A DNA stretch of 63,585 nucleotides, counting the filler, from Octopus bimaculoides (Eukaryota): the NCBI RefSeq assembly GCF_001194135.2. It is 8 parts of 7 records of this genome, joined end to end, with 100 filler letters (N's around TTAATTAATTAA, not from the genome) between each part and the next. Parts side by side here need not be neighbours in the genome. Positions count along the whole stretch, not along the records: positions 21,981 to 32,547 come from NC_068986.1; positions 32,648 to 42,824 come from NC_068990.1; 6 more parts are not named here. One strand, written 5' to 3'. Made by a program: the position numbers and the translations under genes. Shown here piece by piece: positions 24,566 through 37,798 of the stretch. The notes beneath the pieces are model-generated. The model was not told where the DNA came from and ran no database searches. It saw only the letters and a program-made list of their open reading frames with translations. Position 1 is the first letter of the stretch, and every line of letters begins with the position of its first letter.

Positions 24566-26165
24566 ATTTACATATTTAAACATTTTCTTTTATTTCTAAT
24601 TTCATTTATCTCTTTCCTCCTTACTTTCCGATTTATCTATTTTTGCGTGCTAACTACATCTATCAATACTTGTCTATAGCTATCTATCTTCCCCCGATCA
24701 TTCATATCTGTCTTTCTATATCATCTAGTTTTTCCTCAAAGCTCTCTCATTATTTCTACCTTTTTTAAGTTTTTTTCCTTTTATTCTCTCTCTCCCTCCT
24801 CCTCTCTTTCTCTCACCTCCACCTCTCTCCTTCATCCAGTTTCTTCCTTTCTCACATGTTACTTTCTTCATTTCATATCTATTCTCTCTCTCCCTCACTT
24901 ATTAACTCTTTATCTTTCTAACGTATTCTCTCTAGCTCATTCGTTTTTTCGCATATTCACTCCCTCTTTCTCACTCATATTCACTCACTTTCTCAATTAT
25001 ACTCGGTCTTTTTCATCCTTCCCCTCTCTTTCTAACTCATGCCTTCTCCCTCTCTTTTTCTTTCCGATAGTTTTATTCTTTAGCATATCTTACGTTAATC
25101 GAAAGAAAAGATGCAATTTATATGCAATTGAAAAGAATGTCAAATTTTGTGCATTCTCTAAATTCAAGATTAACGTTTTTCAATAAATGCTGCGGTTTCG
25201 ACAAGTACTTTTGCTAAAATTGGGAAAATGCACACCAACTTTGGATTGAACATATTAACATTGGACTACATTTTATGACATTAACTCCATCTTTTATTCC
25301 TCGTTTGTTATCCATTTAATCACACAGTTTTTTTCAGAATTCCGAACAATAACTTTTTACTGCCCCTTTCTTCTAGGCGCATCAGTCCTCTTTTTATTTT
25401 CCCAAACTAAGAACAACTTTAGAATCCTTTTACTGAACAAACTTTACCACTCTTATAGTCACTGTCTTTCCTCCTTTCATGATCTTGTCCTAGATATTAA
25501 ACTGTCTGACCTTTGATAATTCAAGAGAAATAACCTAACTCTGCGAGGAGGTTCGTAAATAGTTGTGCACTGCCAATATTGTTAACTCAGACATAGCAGA
25601 AATCTGTTAATCTATACCATACATAAACACATACACAGCACACACATACACGTGTAATTAAACATGAACACACATACTGAAATGCAATACGGTATTTCTT
25701 CCGGATCTTTACATTCTGAGTTTGCCTTTCTGTCTTCGAAATCAGTAAAATAAAATACCAGTCAAGTACTGGGTCGATTTAACCGACTGCTGATCTGTCC
25801 CAAAATGAATGTGCTAGCAAGAATCCAAATCACCGCCCAACCGCAGAGGCTCCAACGTCCTGTAATATTACTTTTTGATTGAATTACACCAACGTCACAT
25901 CTATATTAATTGTTGTTACAGCATATATTATCGCCAAACACAATACATAGATACACATATGAACGTATACACACACAACACGCACAGACATCGTGTCGCT
26001 CACTTGTATGAACACAAATTCTCTCTACAAGCTGACCCATTATTATAAAGTTCATGCAAAAAAAGTGTGTATACTTTGCATGTATATATATGTGTATGTA
26101 CGTACACACATACATTCTGTTATCTGTCTGTCTCTTTATATAGAGTATGTATGTTTATATATGTG

Positions 26166-26198
<33 letters not shown>

Positions 26199-26200
26199 TT

Positions 26201-26450
26201 ATTAATATTTCTAAGTCTCTCTAAAGGAGACTACGGCAGCGTTACTGGAAATTAATAGTTATCGCCAAGCCAACATGGCAGTCCCAAAATTAGGACGAAA
26301 GCTGCCGTGAATTAGCTCCAAGAAGCCATCGCCTCTAGCTAGCTATGTGATACACGAAACCTGTGTCCTTTATAACCCTCGAACAGGGGAGGTCAGCAGT
26401 TTCTCCTTGCTGGTTTGGCATCTGCAGACTAGTTTCAGGGTGTTGCCCCT
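26201..26450 (-). mobile_element. Hammerhead-containing repeat, copy 2 (truncated by a gap)
   Basis: Homologous to 24259-24510; minus strand AGGGGCAACACCCTGAAACTAGTCTGCAG at 26422-26450. Confidence 0.8.
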
Positions 26451-27216
26451 NNNNNNNNNNNNNNNNNNNNNNNNNNNNNNNNNNNNNNNNNNNNNNNNNN
26501 NNNNNNNNNNNNNNNNNNNNNNNNNNNNNNNNNNNNNNNNNNNNNNNNNNNNNNNNNNNNNNNNNNNNNNNNNNNNNNNNNNNNNNNNNNNNNNNNNNNN
26601 NNNNNNNNNNNNNNNNNNNNNNNNNNNNNNNNNNNNNNNNNNNNNNNNNNNNNNNNNNNNNNNNNNNNNNNNNNNNNNNNNNNNNNNNNNNNNNNNNNNN
26701 NNNNNNNNNNNNNNNNNNNNNNNNNNNNNNNNNNNNNNNNNNNNNNNNNNNNNNNNNNNNNNNNNNNNNNNNNNNNNNNNNNNNNNNNNNNNNNNNNNNN
26801 NNNNNNNNNNNNNNNNNNNNNNNNNNNNNNNNNNNNNNNNNNNNNNNNNNNNNNNNNNNNNNNNNNNNNNNNNNNNNNNNNNNNNNNNNNNNNNNNNNNN
26901 NNNNNNNNNNNNNNNNNNNNNNNNNNNNNNNNNNNNNNNNNNNNNNNNNNNNNNNNNNNNNNNNNNNNNNNNNNNNNNNNNNNNNNNNNNNNNNNNNNNN
27001 NNNNNNNNNNNNNNNNNNNNNNNNNNNNNNNNNNNNNNNNNNNNNNNNNNNNNNNNNNNNNNNNNNNNNNNNNNNNNNNNNNNNNNNNNNNNNNNNNNNN
27101 NNNNNNNNNNNNNNNNNNNNNNNNNNNNNNNNNNNNNNNNNNNNNNNNNNNNNNNNNNNNNNNNNNNNNNNNNNNNNNNNNNNNNNNNNNNNNNNNNNNN
27201 NNNNNNNNNNNNNNNG

Positions 27217-27560
27217 AGAAGTCGATTATATCGACTCCAGTGCTCAGCTGGTTGTTATTTTATTGATCCCGGAAGAGTGAAATGTAAATTCCACTCGGCA
27301 GATTTGAACTCAGAACATAAAGACGAACGAAATGTCGCTAAGTACTCTCTTCTACTCTAGGCACAAGGCCTGAAATTTTGGGGGAGGGGCCCAGTCGATT
27401 AGATCGACCCAGTACACAACTGGTACTTAATTTATCGATCCCGAAAGGATGAAAGGCAAAGTCGACCTCGGCAGAATTTGAATTCAGAATGTAAAGACAG
27501 ACGAAGTACCGCTAAGCATTTAGCCCGGCGTGCTAACGATTCTGCCAGCTCGCTGCCTTA
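27217..27560 (-). mobile_element. Two adjacent SINE family A copies
   Basis: Body motif occurs twice (27217-27345 partial, 27346-27560 near complete). Confidence 0.85.
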
Positions 27561-27578
27561 CATATACATGTGTGTATG

Positions 27579-27612
<34 letters not shown>

Positions 27613-27662
27613 TGTGTGTGTGTGTGTGTGTGTATGCGTGTGTGTGTGTGTGNNNNNNNNNN

Positions 27663-27702
<40 letters not shown>

Positions 27703-28677
27703 CTCTTTCTCTCTCCCTCTCTTTCTTCTTCCTCTATCCGCTGATAACAGTTATCAATGTTACAACCAAATGTGTCTGACATCTTCACTACTCCGGCAAG
27801 AAATCGGGTGATTCCAATCGTTTACACCGTACAACTGATTACGTTTATGGTGTGGTCAACCAGGCGACTTTATCAGGTTGTAAATTCGACCAAGCGGCGC
27901 TGCTCACCAGTAACTTTTATCATTTTCGTTCCTGCTCAATAATCCAGTTGTCCGCACGGACCATTGGCCTTAACACTTTCTAACTTACATACAACCAGAC
28001 TTCTCTTCAAACACTGCGGCCAAAATGATATCATTTACTTTTAAATGTCTTTCTCTAGCTTTCGTTATTTATTGTTTTTCTTTCTTTATCTGCTTTCTTC
28101 CATTTTCTTGTTCCTGCGTTCGTTCATTCTTTCTTTAGTTTTTCTTGATATATGATTTTCTTCTTCACTCACTCATTTCTTAGAAACAAAAACAACAAAA
28201 ACACTTTCACCAACCCCACCGATCTTCTCCACTACCAGCATCACACTGCGTCGCACTACACTAATACAATACACCACACTTTAGCATACTATTCTACACG
28301 ATGCATACATACAACAAACACAAGTACATCATACGCTAACACATGCTCTCCATTCTTCAAGAATTTATCCTTGCGACAATGTCAAATTAATGATGCAGGT
28401 TATTTTGACGATTCTGTCGTGAAATTTGCAGAACGAATAAACGCCATAGATCTTCCATATTTCAGCAAGTTTTAGCATTTAACCGGTTAAACTACATCAC
28501 CATCTGACTTATCGAGTGATAAACTGACCTTTATTTTGGAAGAGAAGGAGAAATTAGGAACACAGATGAAGCGAAGAACGTGTGTGCGTGCGTGTATGTA
28601 TAAATGTATGTATATGTATATAAACACACACACACATATATATGTATACACTTATACTTATATACACATTATAAGTT

Positions 28678-28742
<65 letters not shown>

Positions 28743-30207
28743 TATATGTGTGTGTGTGTGTGTGTGTATGCATGTATGGATGGATGAATGTATGTATTTA
28801 TACATACATACATACATACATACTATTAGTTATAGGTACATGTATATACATATATAAGTTTCTGTCAACGCTTGTTTTTCTGTGAGCATGTATATATATA
28901 AGCATGTTTTAATGGTTAAGTATGGATTAAATCAAAATGGAGTGCTGTCATATAAAAAAATATTGCATACATACACACGCGCACGCACGCACGCGCTCAC
29001 AAACACACATACATCCACTCATTTCCATGCATACATGCATGCGTACTTACATACTTGTGCATGTACGTGTATAGTTGTGTATATGCGTTTAATGTAGGCA
29101 TGTGCTAATTTGTGCGCGCCAAAATGTTTTAGCCAGCCTATCAAATTAGTTACTGTATATTATGTTACCTATTTGTTAAATGTATGATTATCACTGTTTG
29201 CTTCATTCTTTACTTGTTCTTTTCTTCTTTTTTCTGTCTCTTAACTTTCTTTTCTCATTTTTTATTTTTGTTTCTGCATTCTGCTGAACATTATGACATA
29301 GATATCAAATGGCTGCATTCAGCTGCACACTGAAGCAAAGATGCGAATCAATAAGCCATAGCAGAAATTATGCAATTTCAATTGTCATACCGTCGAGTGC
29401 ATCAGCCTCGTCCTGGAACTTTTTTTTTTTTGCATATGTTTTGATTGGCAGCGTTAAAATGCAGTGGATTTTAAGCATTCTAATATTATTATTTATAACA
29501 GCTAAAAGGTTTTAATTTTTGAATAGTTCTTTTGTCTCTGCTTGCTTTAGTTTCTAATACTTCATATTTGTATTTCATGACGAATTTTCTTCTTTTCTTT
29601 CAGACGATGTTTAAAAATTTTTTGTTTGCTAATTATTGCTTTTTTTGCAATTTTTTAGTCCTAGTTCAGCTGTGATCANNNNNNNNNNNNNNNNNNNNNN
29701 NNNNNNNNNNNNNNNNNNNNNNNNNNNNNNNNNNNNNNNNNNNNNNNNNNNNNNNNNNNNNNNNNNNNNNNNNNNNNNNNNNNNNNNNNNNNNNNNNNNN
29801 NNNNNNNNNNNNNNNNNNNNNNNNNNNNNNNNNNNNNNNNNNNNNNNNNNNNNNNNNNNNNNNNNNNNNNNNNNNNNNNNNNNNNNNNNNNNNNNNNNNN
29901 NNNNNNNNNNNNNNNNNNNNNNNNNNNNNNNNNNNNNNNNNNNNNNNNNNNNNNNNNNNNNNNNNNNNNNNNNNNNNNNNNNNNNNNNNNNNNNNNNNNN
30001 NNNNNNNNNNNNNNNNNNNNNNNNNNNNNNNNNNNNNNNNNNNNNNNNNNNNNNNNNNNNNNNNNNNNNNNNNNNNNNNNNNNNNNNNNNNNNNNNNNNN
30101 NNNNNNNNNNNNNNNNNNNNNNNNNNNNNNNNNNNNNNNNNNNNNNNNNNNTGAGTAATTTCCATTGAAGTATCAACCAAGCACTGGGGCTGACTCATCT
30201 TTCTCTC

Positions 30208-30240
30208 TCAGGCGTTTCGCTACAAGAAATGTCATCAGGG
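30208..30240 (-). ncRNA. Decayed hammerhead-like motif (intact CTGATGA and GAAAC, stem II 5' strand shortened)
   Basis: CCCTGATGACATTTCTTGTAGCGAAACGCCTGA. Confidence 0.4.
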
Positions 30241-30355
30241 ATTATTTTTAGAACGTTTTCCCCCTGTAAATGAAGGAAGGTTCTCATAGAAAACTAATAT
30301 GCAACAGAAATTTCCTAAGGACAATAAAAAAAATGGACGATTCAAACTTAAACAT

Positions 30356-30400
<45 letters not shown>

Positions 30401-32769
30401 TGCGTGCAGTTATGTACCTACACACACATATGTTATTGTGCTTGTTAACTCTCATTTCATACTCATTTTGCCTTATTAACGGTAGTGAGTTGGCAAAAAA
30501 CATAACCCGAATTAAGCGCTTTACAATCAATACGACAGTTCGACTTTCTCTTTTGAATCACCTTTTATACACTTCAGGTTGGTAAAATGATTATTAGTTT
30601 TAGAATGGGTAAATCCAATCATTTACTTTACTAGTACTGCTTGGCTCTTGAGAACTTCAGTGGAGTCCATTCTGTTATAATCATTCGGGCCAAGTCTCTA
30701 GTCTATGAATAACTTCCTCCTGTTCTCCAATCAATCTTGGAGTCCCTGAGACGGTATTATGAGTATTGTCCTTTTTCCATTGATTAAATCACGTGACAAA
30801 ATATCGGATAGGCTCCTTTATGTAACAAAATCGGCGTTGTGTCTAGGGAAGAATAATTATGGGCTGGCAGAATCGTTAGAGCGTTGAACAAAATAATTTG
30901 TTGTATTTGTTCCAGCTGAAGTTTCGATTTCAACCCTCCGATCTCTATAAAAGTATCTGTCAAGAACTGCGGTTCATACAATCGACTATTTAACTAACCT
31001 AAATTCTTAGCTTTATACCTATGTTAGAAACAATTAAGGCATTGGTTCCAACTCTTTACATTCTAAGTTCAAATCATCAACTTAGTAAGGCAATCAATGG
31101 TACCGACTAACCCCTCCTTCTGCAAAATGTGTGGCCAGTTCTACTAGTGCTTCCACAATACCATGAACATAATCCGACTATGCCAATAGCAGGAAAATCT
31201 CGCCCCATAATGACACACAAATAAATCTTCCATAGCGTACTTTGTTAACATGTCGATAACATAATTGAAACTCTACAGTCCTGTCGAACACCTGAATGAA
31301 TTTCGAACATGTCAGATATTCCCTCATAACAGTGAGCCTTTACATGCGAGTCATCCCTCTTCGGGTGACTCGATTGAAAGGATGAAAGGCTGCTGCGAAG
31401 TTCACAAAGCTAGTGATGGTACTCTGTAGGTATTTCTAGCATTTCTCAGATCCCTTTTCAAGGTGAAAATCTGATAGGTTCTGCCTCGGCCAAATCAATT
31501 TAGTCTATATTAATCGGTTTCCTTCTCTCATGCTCCGCTGCCACTAATATGCAGTTATTTAAACTAAGCATTAGTCGCAATAAGTCCATCTAGTTGACTA
31601 TACACCAGCATCTAAGAAAACCTGTGAAGTCTCTGAAGTCAGAGACCACTTTAAGGCAAAATTTTAAAATGTAATATAAACAAAATCGCATATGTTGTAT
31701 ATCTTTAAATACCTTGTATTCGTTGAAATACATTTTTACATACAATTTGGTGCACATAGTCACAATAAGCTCAAGCGGTAAACTATGCCCTTACACTTAG
31801 ATTATTCTCTATATTGTTGGAGCAGAAGCTGAAATATCTTTAGACAAGAACATTTTCCGCCTGAAGAGTGTAGCGGCGCGGTGCTCGCGTTGCGAGATAA
31901 ATATTCTAAGTGAACGATACATGTGTGCGCGCATGTTTGCCTGTGTGTATATATGTGTGCATGTGTGCATGCGTGCGTGTGTGTGTGTGTGCAATGGAAT
32001 GCCAGAGACATTGATAAATCTTGAATACAACATACAAATTCAGTCGATTTCAATTTGCACCGCGATAAAGAAACTGAGTTACTACTATTAAAACATATAT
32101 TGAACTGTAAGGCCGTGACCTACGAGAGGTCATCTGGAAGGTTAGGGAAATCATCTGGTCTCAGAAGAGAAATGTTACAGAGGAAAACAAAAAAATATAT
32201 GAGCTGTCAGTTTAGAATTATTTATTGGGAACACAAATGTACTAAAGTTGCAATGTTTGTGTCTGAATGTCTCTTACAAGTGACATGCGCCTGAGAAATT
32301 TGCAGATTTGGTGATTGTTTTTTGTTAAACAGACACAAACACGAAAACACGAAAAACACGCACACACACATACACATGCACACGCACACACACACACACA
32401 GACTCATACATACATACACACATACACACATACATACATATTCGTATGTGTATATATATGTGTGTGTGTGTGTGTACATACATACACGCGCACGCACACA
32501 CACACACGCACACACACACACGCACACACACACACGCACACACACACNNNNNNNNNNNNNNNNNNNNNNNNNNNNNNNNNNNNNNNNNNNNTTAATTAAT
32601 TAANNNNNNNNNNNNNNNNNNNNNNNNNNNNNNNNNNNNNNNNNNNNGTGAGTACGTGTGTGTGTATGTATGTATGTATTTATAAAATGAGAGTGAGAAA
32701 TATGCAAGCATACATTCACAAACAAGAAGCAAGATATCAGAATTTTTTCTTCATCTCTTGACAGTTAAT

Positions 32770-32810
<41 letters not shown>

Positions 32811-34978
32811 TCACCTCAGTACTTTTTTTACTTAGGGAAAGCAAAGCCAACAACTTTTGCCACTTTAGGGATTTTGGTTACATTTGCCATTATTTCAGCT
32901 GGCACTGAAGTGTTTCGGCAGTCTAGCTAGTTCACTATATATATTTATCCTCTCTCCAGGGAAATTTGGTTTTTAAATAAACTTTCATTTAAAAGAAATG
33001 TCAATAGACATTTCTATTTGATATAAAGTTCAAGACATTACGACCTCTCTGTAGAAAGTTCTCTCTTCATTATTACTTTTCCTTTTTCATTGCTGTTTTT
33101 CTAAGTGAGATCTAAAATATTTTTGTCAGTTTATCTCTGTATAATTCAGACGTCAGCTAACAATGCTGTGTGAATGTACTGGCGTAATGTATGAGTGTTT
33201 TACCACAGGTAACTCCCATGACGAGAAAATACAAATTGGTTTAGTGAAGCATTTACTGCGGAACAAAATTACGAAAAAACACATTGATTCCTTTTTCGAC
33301 AACAATGTCATGTAACCTCGCACAAGCTGATGTAACCTTTCCATATACAAAGACAACAATAGATGAAATATAAAACACCAGTTCAAACAGCGACTTTAAG
33401 ATGAAATACTGTTTTGGAAATATTTTTAACAGTGCATTTCTATATAAGAATTTCAAGTGTGATTGCACAGCATCTCTTGTTCATGGTTTTTCTTTTATAA
33501 TTCATATCTAACACAGTAGTAGTTGTGAAGAAAGGGTTTAGGCAGGAATTGTATCATATTTCTTTGTATGGGATACTGTCATATTACCACCCTATCCAAA
33601 GTGACTTAGTTCACGCCACCGTCTATTCTTTGATGTATAATTCAATGCTGTTCAATGCACTTGTGTTCTACTGTGCAGTCTGAAACACCGTCTCTTTGAA
33701 ATACGCATTATTGTTGTTGTTTGCTAACGTTTCTGGCTAATGTATTTTAGAATATACAACAATCTAATAGGAAAGATTAGTCATGTGAAAGGTTACTAGT
33801 TTAGGTTAGTTGGTTACAATTCAACATTTTGGGTTACATCCAGCTTCTATTGTTCTCTTGATAAGAGTAACTAGCTAGCAATATATATTTTAAGGTGGAA
33901 AAAAAAATAGGATGAAAAAAAATTGGCATTCTTCAAACGTACCAGAAAATATTTCATGAAAATATTATCAACCAATTTTAGACGATCTTAATCTTGTTAT
34001 TAATTGTAATGATTTTGGAATTGCTTAGGCCATGTAGTTCAGGATATCATTGAAATAACTTTTATCTGTGCCGCACACAACAGACTCTGTATAGAAAAAA
34101 TACGGCTTTATTTTATTAAAAAAGAATATATATATATATACATATACATATTTACACACACATTCATACACACACACACACATACATATACTGGGTGGGG
34201 GTTATTTATATAAAGTTTTCGAATACAATCCGGCACGTGCGGAATTCTTCTTAGAAATACGATATAGAAATTAAAAACCGATTATAGGATATAAATAGAG
34301 AGATTATATATGATTATATATATATNNNNNNNNNNNNNNNNNNNNNNNNNNNNNNNNNNNNNNNNNNNNNNNNNNNNNNNNNNNNNNNNNNNNNNNNNNN
34401 NNNNNNNNNNNNNNNNNNNNNNNNNNNNNNNNNNNNNNNNNNNNNNNNNNNNNNNNNNNNNNNNNNNNNNNNNNNNNNNNNNNNNNNNNNNNNNNNNNNN
34501 NNNNNNNNNNNNNNNNNNNNNNNNNNNNNNNNNNNNNNNNNNNNNNNNNNNNNNNNNNNNNNNNNNNNNNNNNNNNNNNNNATATACCTAATTTAAATAT
34601 ACCTAATTTAAATATCCCGTGAATGCATAACTGAATAATGATATTATTTCGCAAATCAGCAAATCAGAGGAAACTAGTGATGTTCGATGTCGGCAAAAAG
34701 TAATACAACGTGTTCAGGGAGTGAAATATGCCTAGTGTTCCAAAGAAGAAGAGAAGTTTAATGTTTTTTTTTATAGGACCTGTTGTAGGACAGACAAGAA
34801 ATATCAAATAGTGTTCAAGGATGGTTAAGCTGACTTTAGTAATTGAGAGAGAGGAGTTTGTAGGATATTATACGAAATGTCTATCAAGTCGCGTTATTAT
34901 TGTTTAGTCAATCCTGATTGTACAACTCTGTGATGAAAGTATTGAATCCATGACGTACTGTGGGACAGACTACAAAAG

Positions 34979-35290
34979 GGCGCGTGGCTTTGTGGTTAGG
35001 TTTTTGGGGTTACGATCGTAAAGTCGTGAGTTCGATTCCCTGCGGCGCGATGTGTCTTTAAGCAAGACACTTTATTTCACGTTGCTCCAGTCATCTCAGC
35101 TGGCAAAAATGAGTTGTACCAGTATTTCAAAGGGCCAGTCTTGTCAAATTCTGTGTCACGCTGAATCTCCTTGAGGACTATGTCAGGACTATGCGTGTCT
35201 GTGGAGTGCTCAGCCACTTAGACGTTAACCTTACGAATAAGCACTTCTGTTGATCAGATCAACTGAAACACTCGTCAACAGTGCCTGTTT
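34979..35290 (+). mobile_element. tRNA-derived SINE family C with CORE/Meta-type central domain
   Basis: GGCGCGTGGCTTTGTGGTTAGG...GAGTTCGATTCCC (A/B boxes), then GCAAGACACTTTATTTCACGTTGCTCCAGT...CAGCTGGCAAAAATGAGT. Confidence 0.75.
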
Positions 35291-36176
35291 CAATCCATGA
35301 CCGCTCCCTAGAGAAACCAATATGCAAATTAAGCTATCTACTGATGTGCTATCTTAAGTCATGATTGCTATTTACATATCACTGGTCTATACCATAGATT
35401 GGGAAAGTGACATGGAAATATATCAGAGACGTGCCGCTTAGGTAGGCAAGGTACGCAGTTCCTACCCTGAATAAAATAGAACGATAACATTTTCCTTTTA
35501 TGGCAAAATATGCACCTAATTCAAAAAAATTATGAAGGTTACTCTGATTATTATGCATAAAATGCAAAATGTTTTATCTTTCTGTAAATCAGGAAGGCAT
35601 AATTCGTCCATGCTTTTCAATCTCAGTATTAAAGCTACGCATAGTATTACTGTAGTACGCATGCTGTGTACATTCCTACAACAACGATTTCTTTTCGCGC
35701 TATAAAGGCAGAAATAAATCTGCCTCCAGCTCAATCGCTTATTTTTTGTGTGCTTCACAACACAAATGTCAATAACTGCTTACACCAACGTGCATGAAAT
35801 ATATTCTCCGAAGTAGAAGGAATGTGTCTACCACTGTTATTATTGGTTATTATTGTTGTATATATATATATATATATATATATNNNNNNNNNNNNNNNNN
35901 NNNNNNNNNNNNNNNNNNNNNNNNNNNNNNNNNNNNNNNNNNNNNNNNNNNNNNNNNNNNNNNNNNNNNNNNNNNNNNNNNNNNNNNNNNNNNNNNNNNN
36001 NNNNNNNNNNNNNNNNNNNNNNNNNNNNNNNNNNNNNNNNNNNNNNNNNNNNNNNNNNNNNNNNNNNNNNNNNNNNNNTAAGCTGAAAAAAGTTATTTCA
36101 TAGTTCATAGATGGCAACTGGGGTTGCTGAGTATGCGAATAAAAATTCAAGAATTAAGGAATAGAGTAGATAAAAT

Positions 36177-36266
36177 CCGGACTACATATGTTTCATAGCA
36201 AGCAGAACTTTGGAAGTAGTAATTATCCAAAAGAGGAGAATACTGCAAGTTACTCTTCAGACCAAG
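36177..36266 (-). ncRNA. Hammerhead-like motif with perfect core and long stem II
   Basis: CTGAAGA (36260-36254)...GAA-ACATATGT-A; the intervening 59 nt folds as GTAAC/GCTAT, GCAG/CTGC and CTTT(T)GGA/TCCAAAG. Confidence 0.55.
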
Positions 36267-36275
36267 GATATCTTA

Positions 36276-36526
36276 ATATATTTCCTCATTGCCCACAGGG
36301 GGTTGGACAGAGAGGGGAGAAACAAGGACAGACAAAGGGATTAAGTCGATTACATCGACCCCAGTACGTAACTGGTACTTATTTAATCGGCCCCGAAAGG
36401 ATGAAAGGCAAAGTCTACCTCGGCGGAATTTGAACCCAGAACGTAAAAGCAGACGAAATACTGCTAAGCATCTCGCCCGGCGTGCTAGCTCGGCGTGCAT
36501 CACGCCCGTCTGTCAGCTCGCCGCCC
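36276..36526 (-). mobile_element. SINE family A (subfamily with GGGACAAAC tail)
   Basis: Head AGGGCGGCGAGCTGACAG; tail shared with 40613-40762 and the 42238-42290 fragment. Confidence 0.88.
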
Positions 36527-36935
36527 TTTCTGACGTTTACATGTAACTTCATGTAATCAAGGTGTCTTTGACCATCTTTGGGCCATTGACAAGTTTTCAG
36601 TTCCAGTTCTGAAGATACGCGTTTAGCTTGTTACTTATTATTATTGGAGCAACTGGGTACATACCAACTCGTCTGGAGCAAAGTATGACCGCAGTTGGGT
36701 TCTTTAGAAAAGAACGCAAATCCTTAATTCATATATTACAAATGATCATGATACCTGAGACTATAAAAATCTGCATGACCTTCTTAAGATCTAGTGGATG
36801 TTGATAAAACAAGATGCTTTCTTTCACGACCTTGCTACTAAGTAGGTCAAATTCTTTTAAAATTAAAAAGAGAACACACATGCACAAAGACTGACAGACA
36901 AACAGACACACAGACAGGTAGACAGACAGACAGAC

Positions 36936-37005
<70 letters not shown>

Positions 37006-37006
<1 letters not shown>

Positions 37007-37223
37007 AGAGGGGGTGCTGAAAAGTTCCTGGCTTTAAGGGTGTCACAAAAGGCCTGGTTAGAGGCCCAGCCTTCCGAGTACGGGGTTTAGAAAAATTGAA
37101 GGACTGCTACAATAAGTGTGTGAATCTGAGAAGGGAATATGTATATGTTAAATAAACTCATAATTAACTGATCCTCTTGTATATTCTTTTACTCACAGCC
37201 AGGAACTTTTCAATAGTCCCACG
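37006..37223 (+). mobile_element. About 220-bp mariner-family MITE
   Basis: TIRs GAGGGGGTGCTGAAAAGTTCCTGGCT / AGCCAGGAACTTTTCAATAGTCCCACG followed by TA. Confidence 0.75.
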
Positions 37224-37252
37224 TATATGTATGAGTGTATATATATATATAT

Positions 37253-37440
37253 GGGAGAATGTACGAAAAAACAACAACAGACGAGGACAGGTGGTGTAAA
37301 TAACAAAAGGATGTATTAGTATGACGCTCGGGAATACAGAAAGTCGTTGACGTTTCGAGCTACGCTCTTCAACAGAAAGAATACGGAGACAAGGAGAAAA
37401 ACACGGAGAAAAAAAATTAAATAGTGTTCAGTCAACGGTC
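37253..37440 (-). mobile_element. Penelope pLTR/retrozyme-like repeat with hammerhead motif (37344-37380)
   Basis: TCTTT-CTGTTGA-AGAGCGTAGCTC-GAA-ACGT-C-AACGA, then about 90 nt and (AT)n. Confidence 0.6.
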
Positions 37441-37753
37441 AATCATAATATATAATTTTCCAGTAAATTTTGTAATCGTTACCAATATAGCATAGATAGA
37501 ACGGTATAGTTAAATAATTTTTAATAATCTGTTCTGATAGATAATTGTGGTTTTTGGTCATTTGTTCTAATGGAAGCCATTCCTGAAGAAGTGCCAAANN
37601 NNNNNNNNNNNNNNNNNNNNNNNNNNNNNNNNNNNNNNNNNNNNNNNNNNNNNNNNNNNNNNNNNNNNNNNNNNNNNNNNNNNNNNNNNNNNNNNNNNNN
37701 NNNNNNNNNNNNNNNNNNNNNNNNNNNNNNNNNNNNNNNNNNNNNNNNNNNNN

Positions 37754-37796
<43 letters not shown>

Positions 37797-37798
<2 letters not shown>

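Noticed and set aside
24590-25080. About 500-bp polypyrimidine tract as a triplex/regulatory element
   Set aside because: Degenerate low-complexity sequence with no clear mirror symmetry; common in this genome type.
24259-26450. The two hammerhead repeats as paired LTRs of one 2.2-kb element
   Set aside because: No TG..CA ends, PBS/PPT or TSD were seen, and each copy has its own (GA)n flank, so independent insertions are simpler.
32830-33315. Protein-like plus-strand snippets (GKAKPTTFATLGILVTFAIISAG; GNSHDEKIQIGLVKHLL...)
   Set aside because: Short frames with no consistent donor/phase chain.
34979-35045. tRNA-like A/B-box sequences in SINE heads
   Set aside because: They lack a complete cloverleaf and run directly into SINE bodies.
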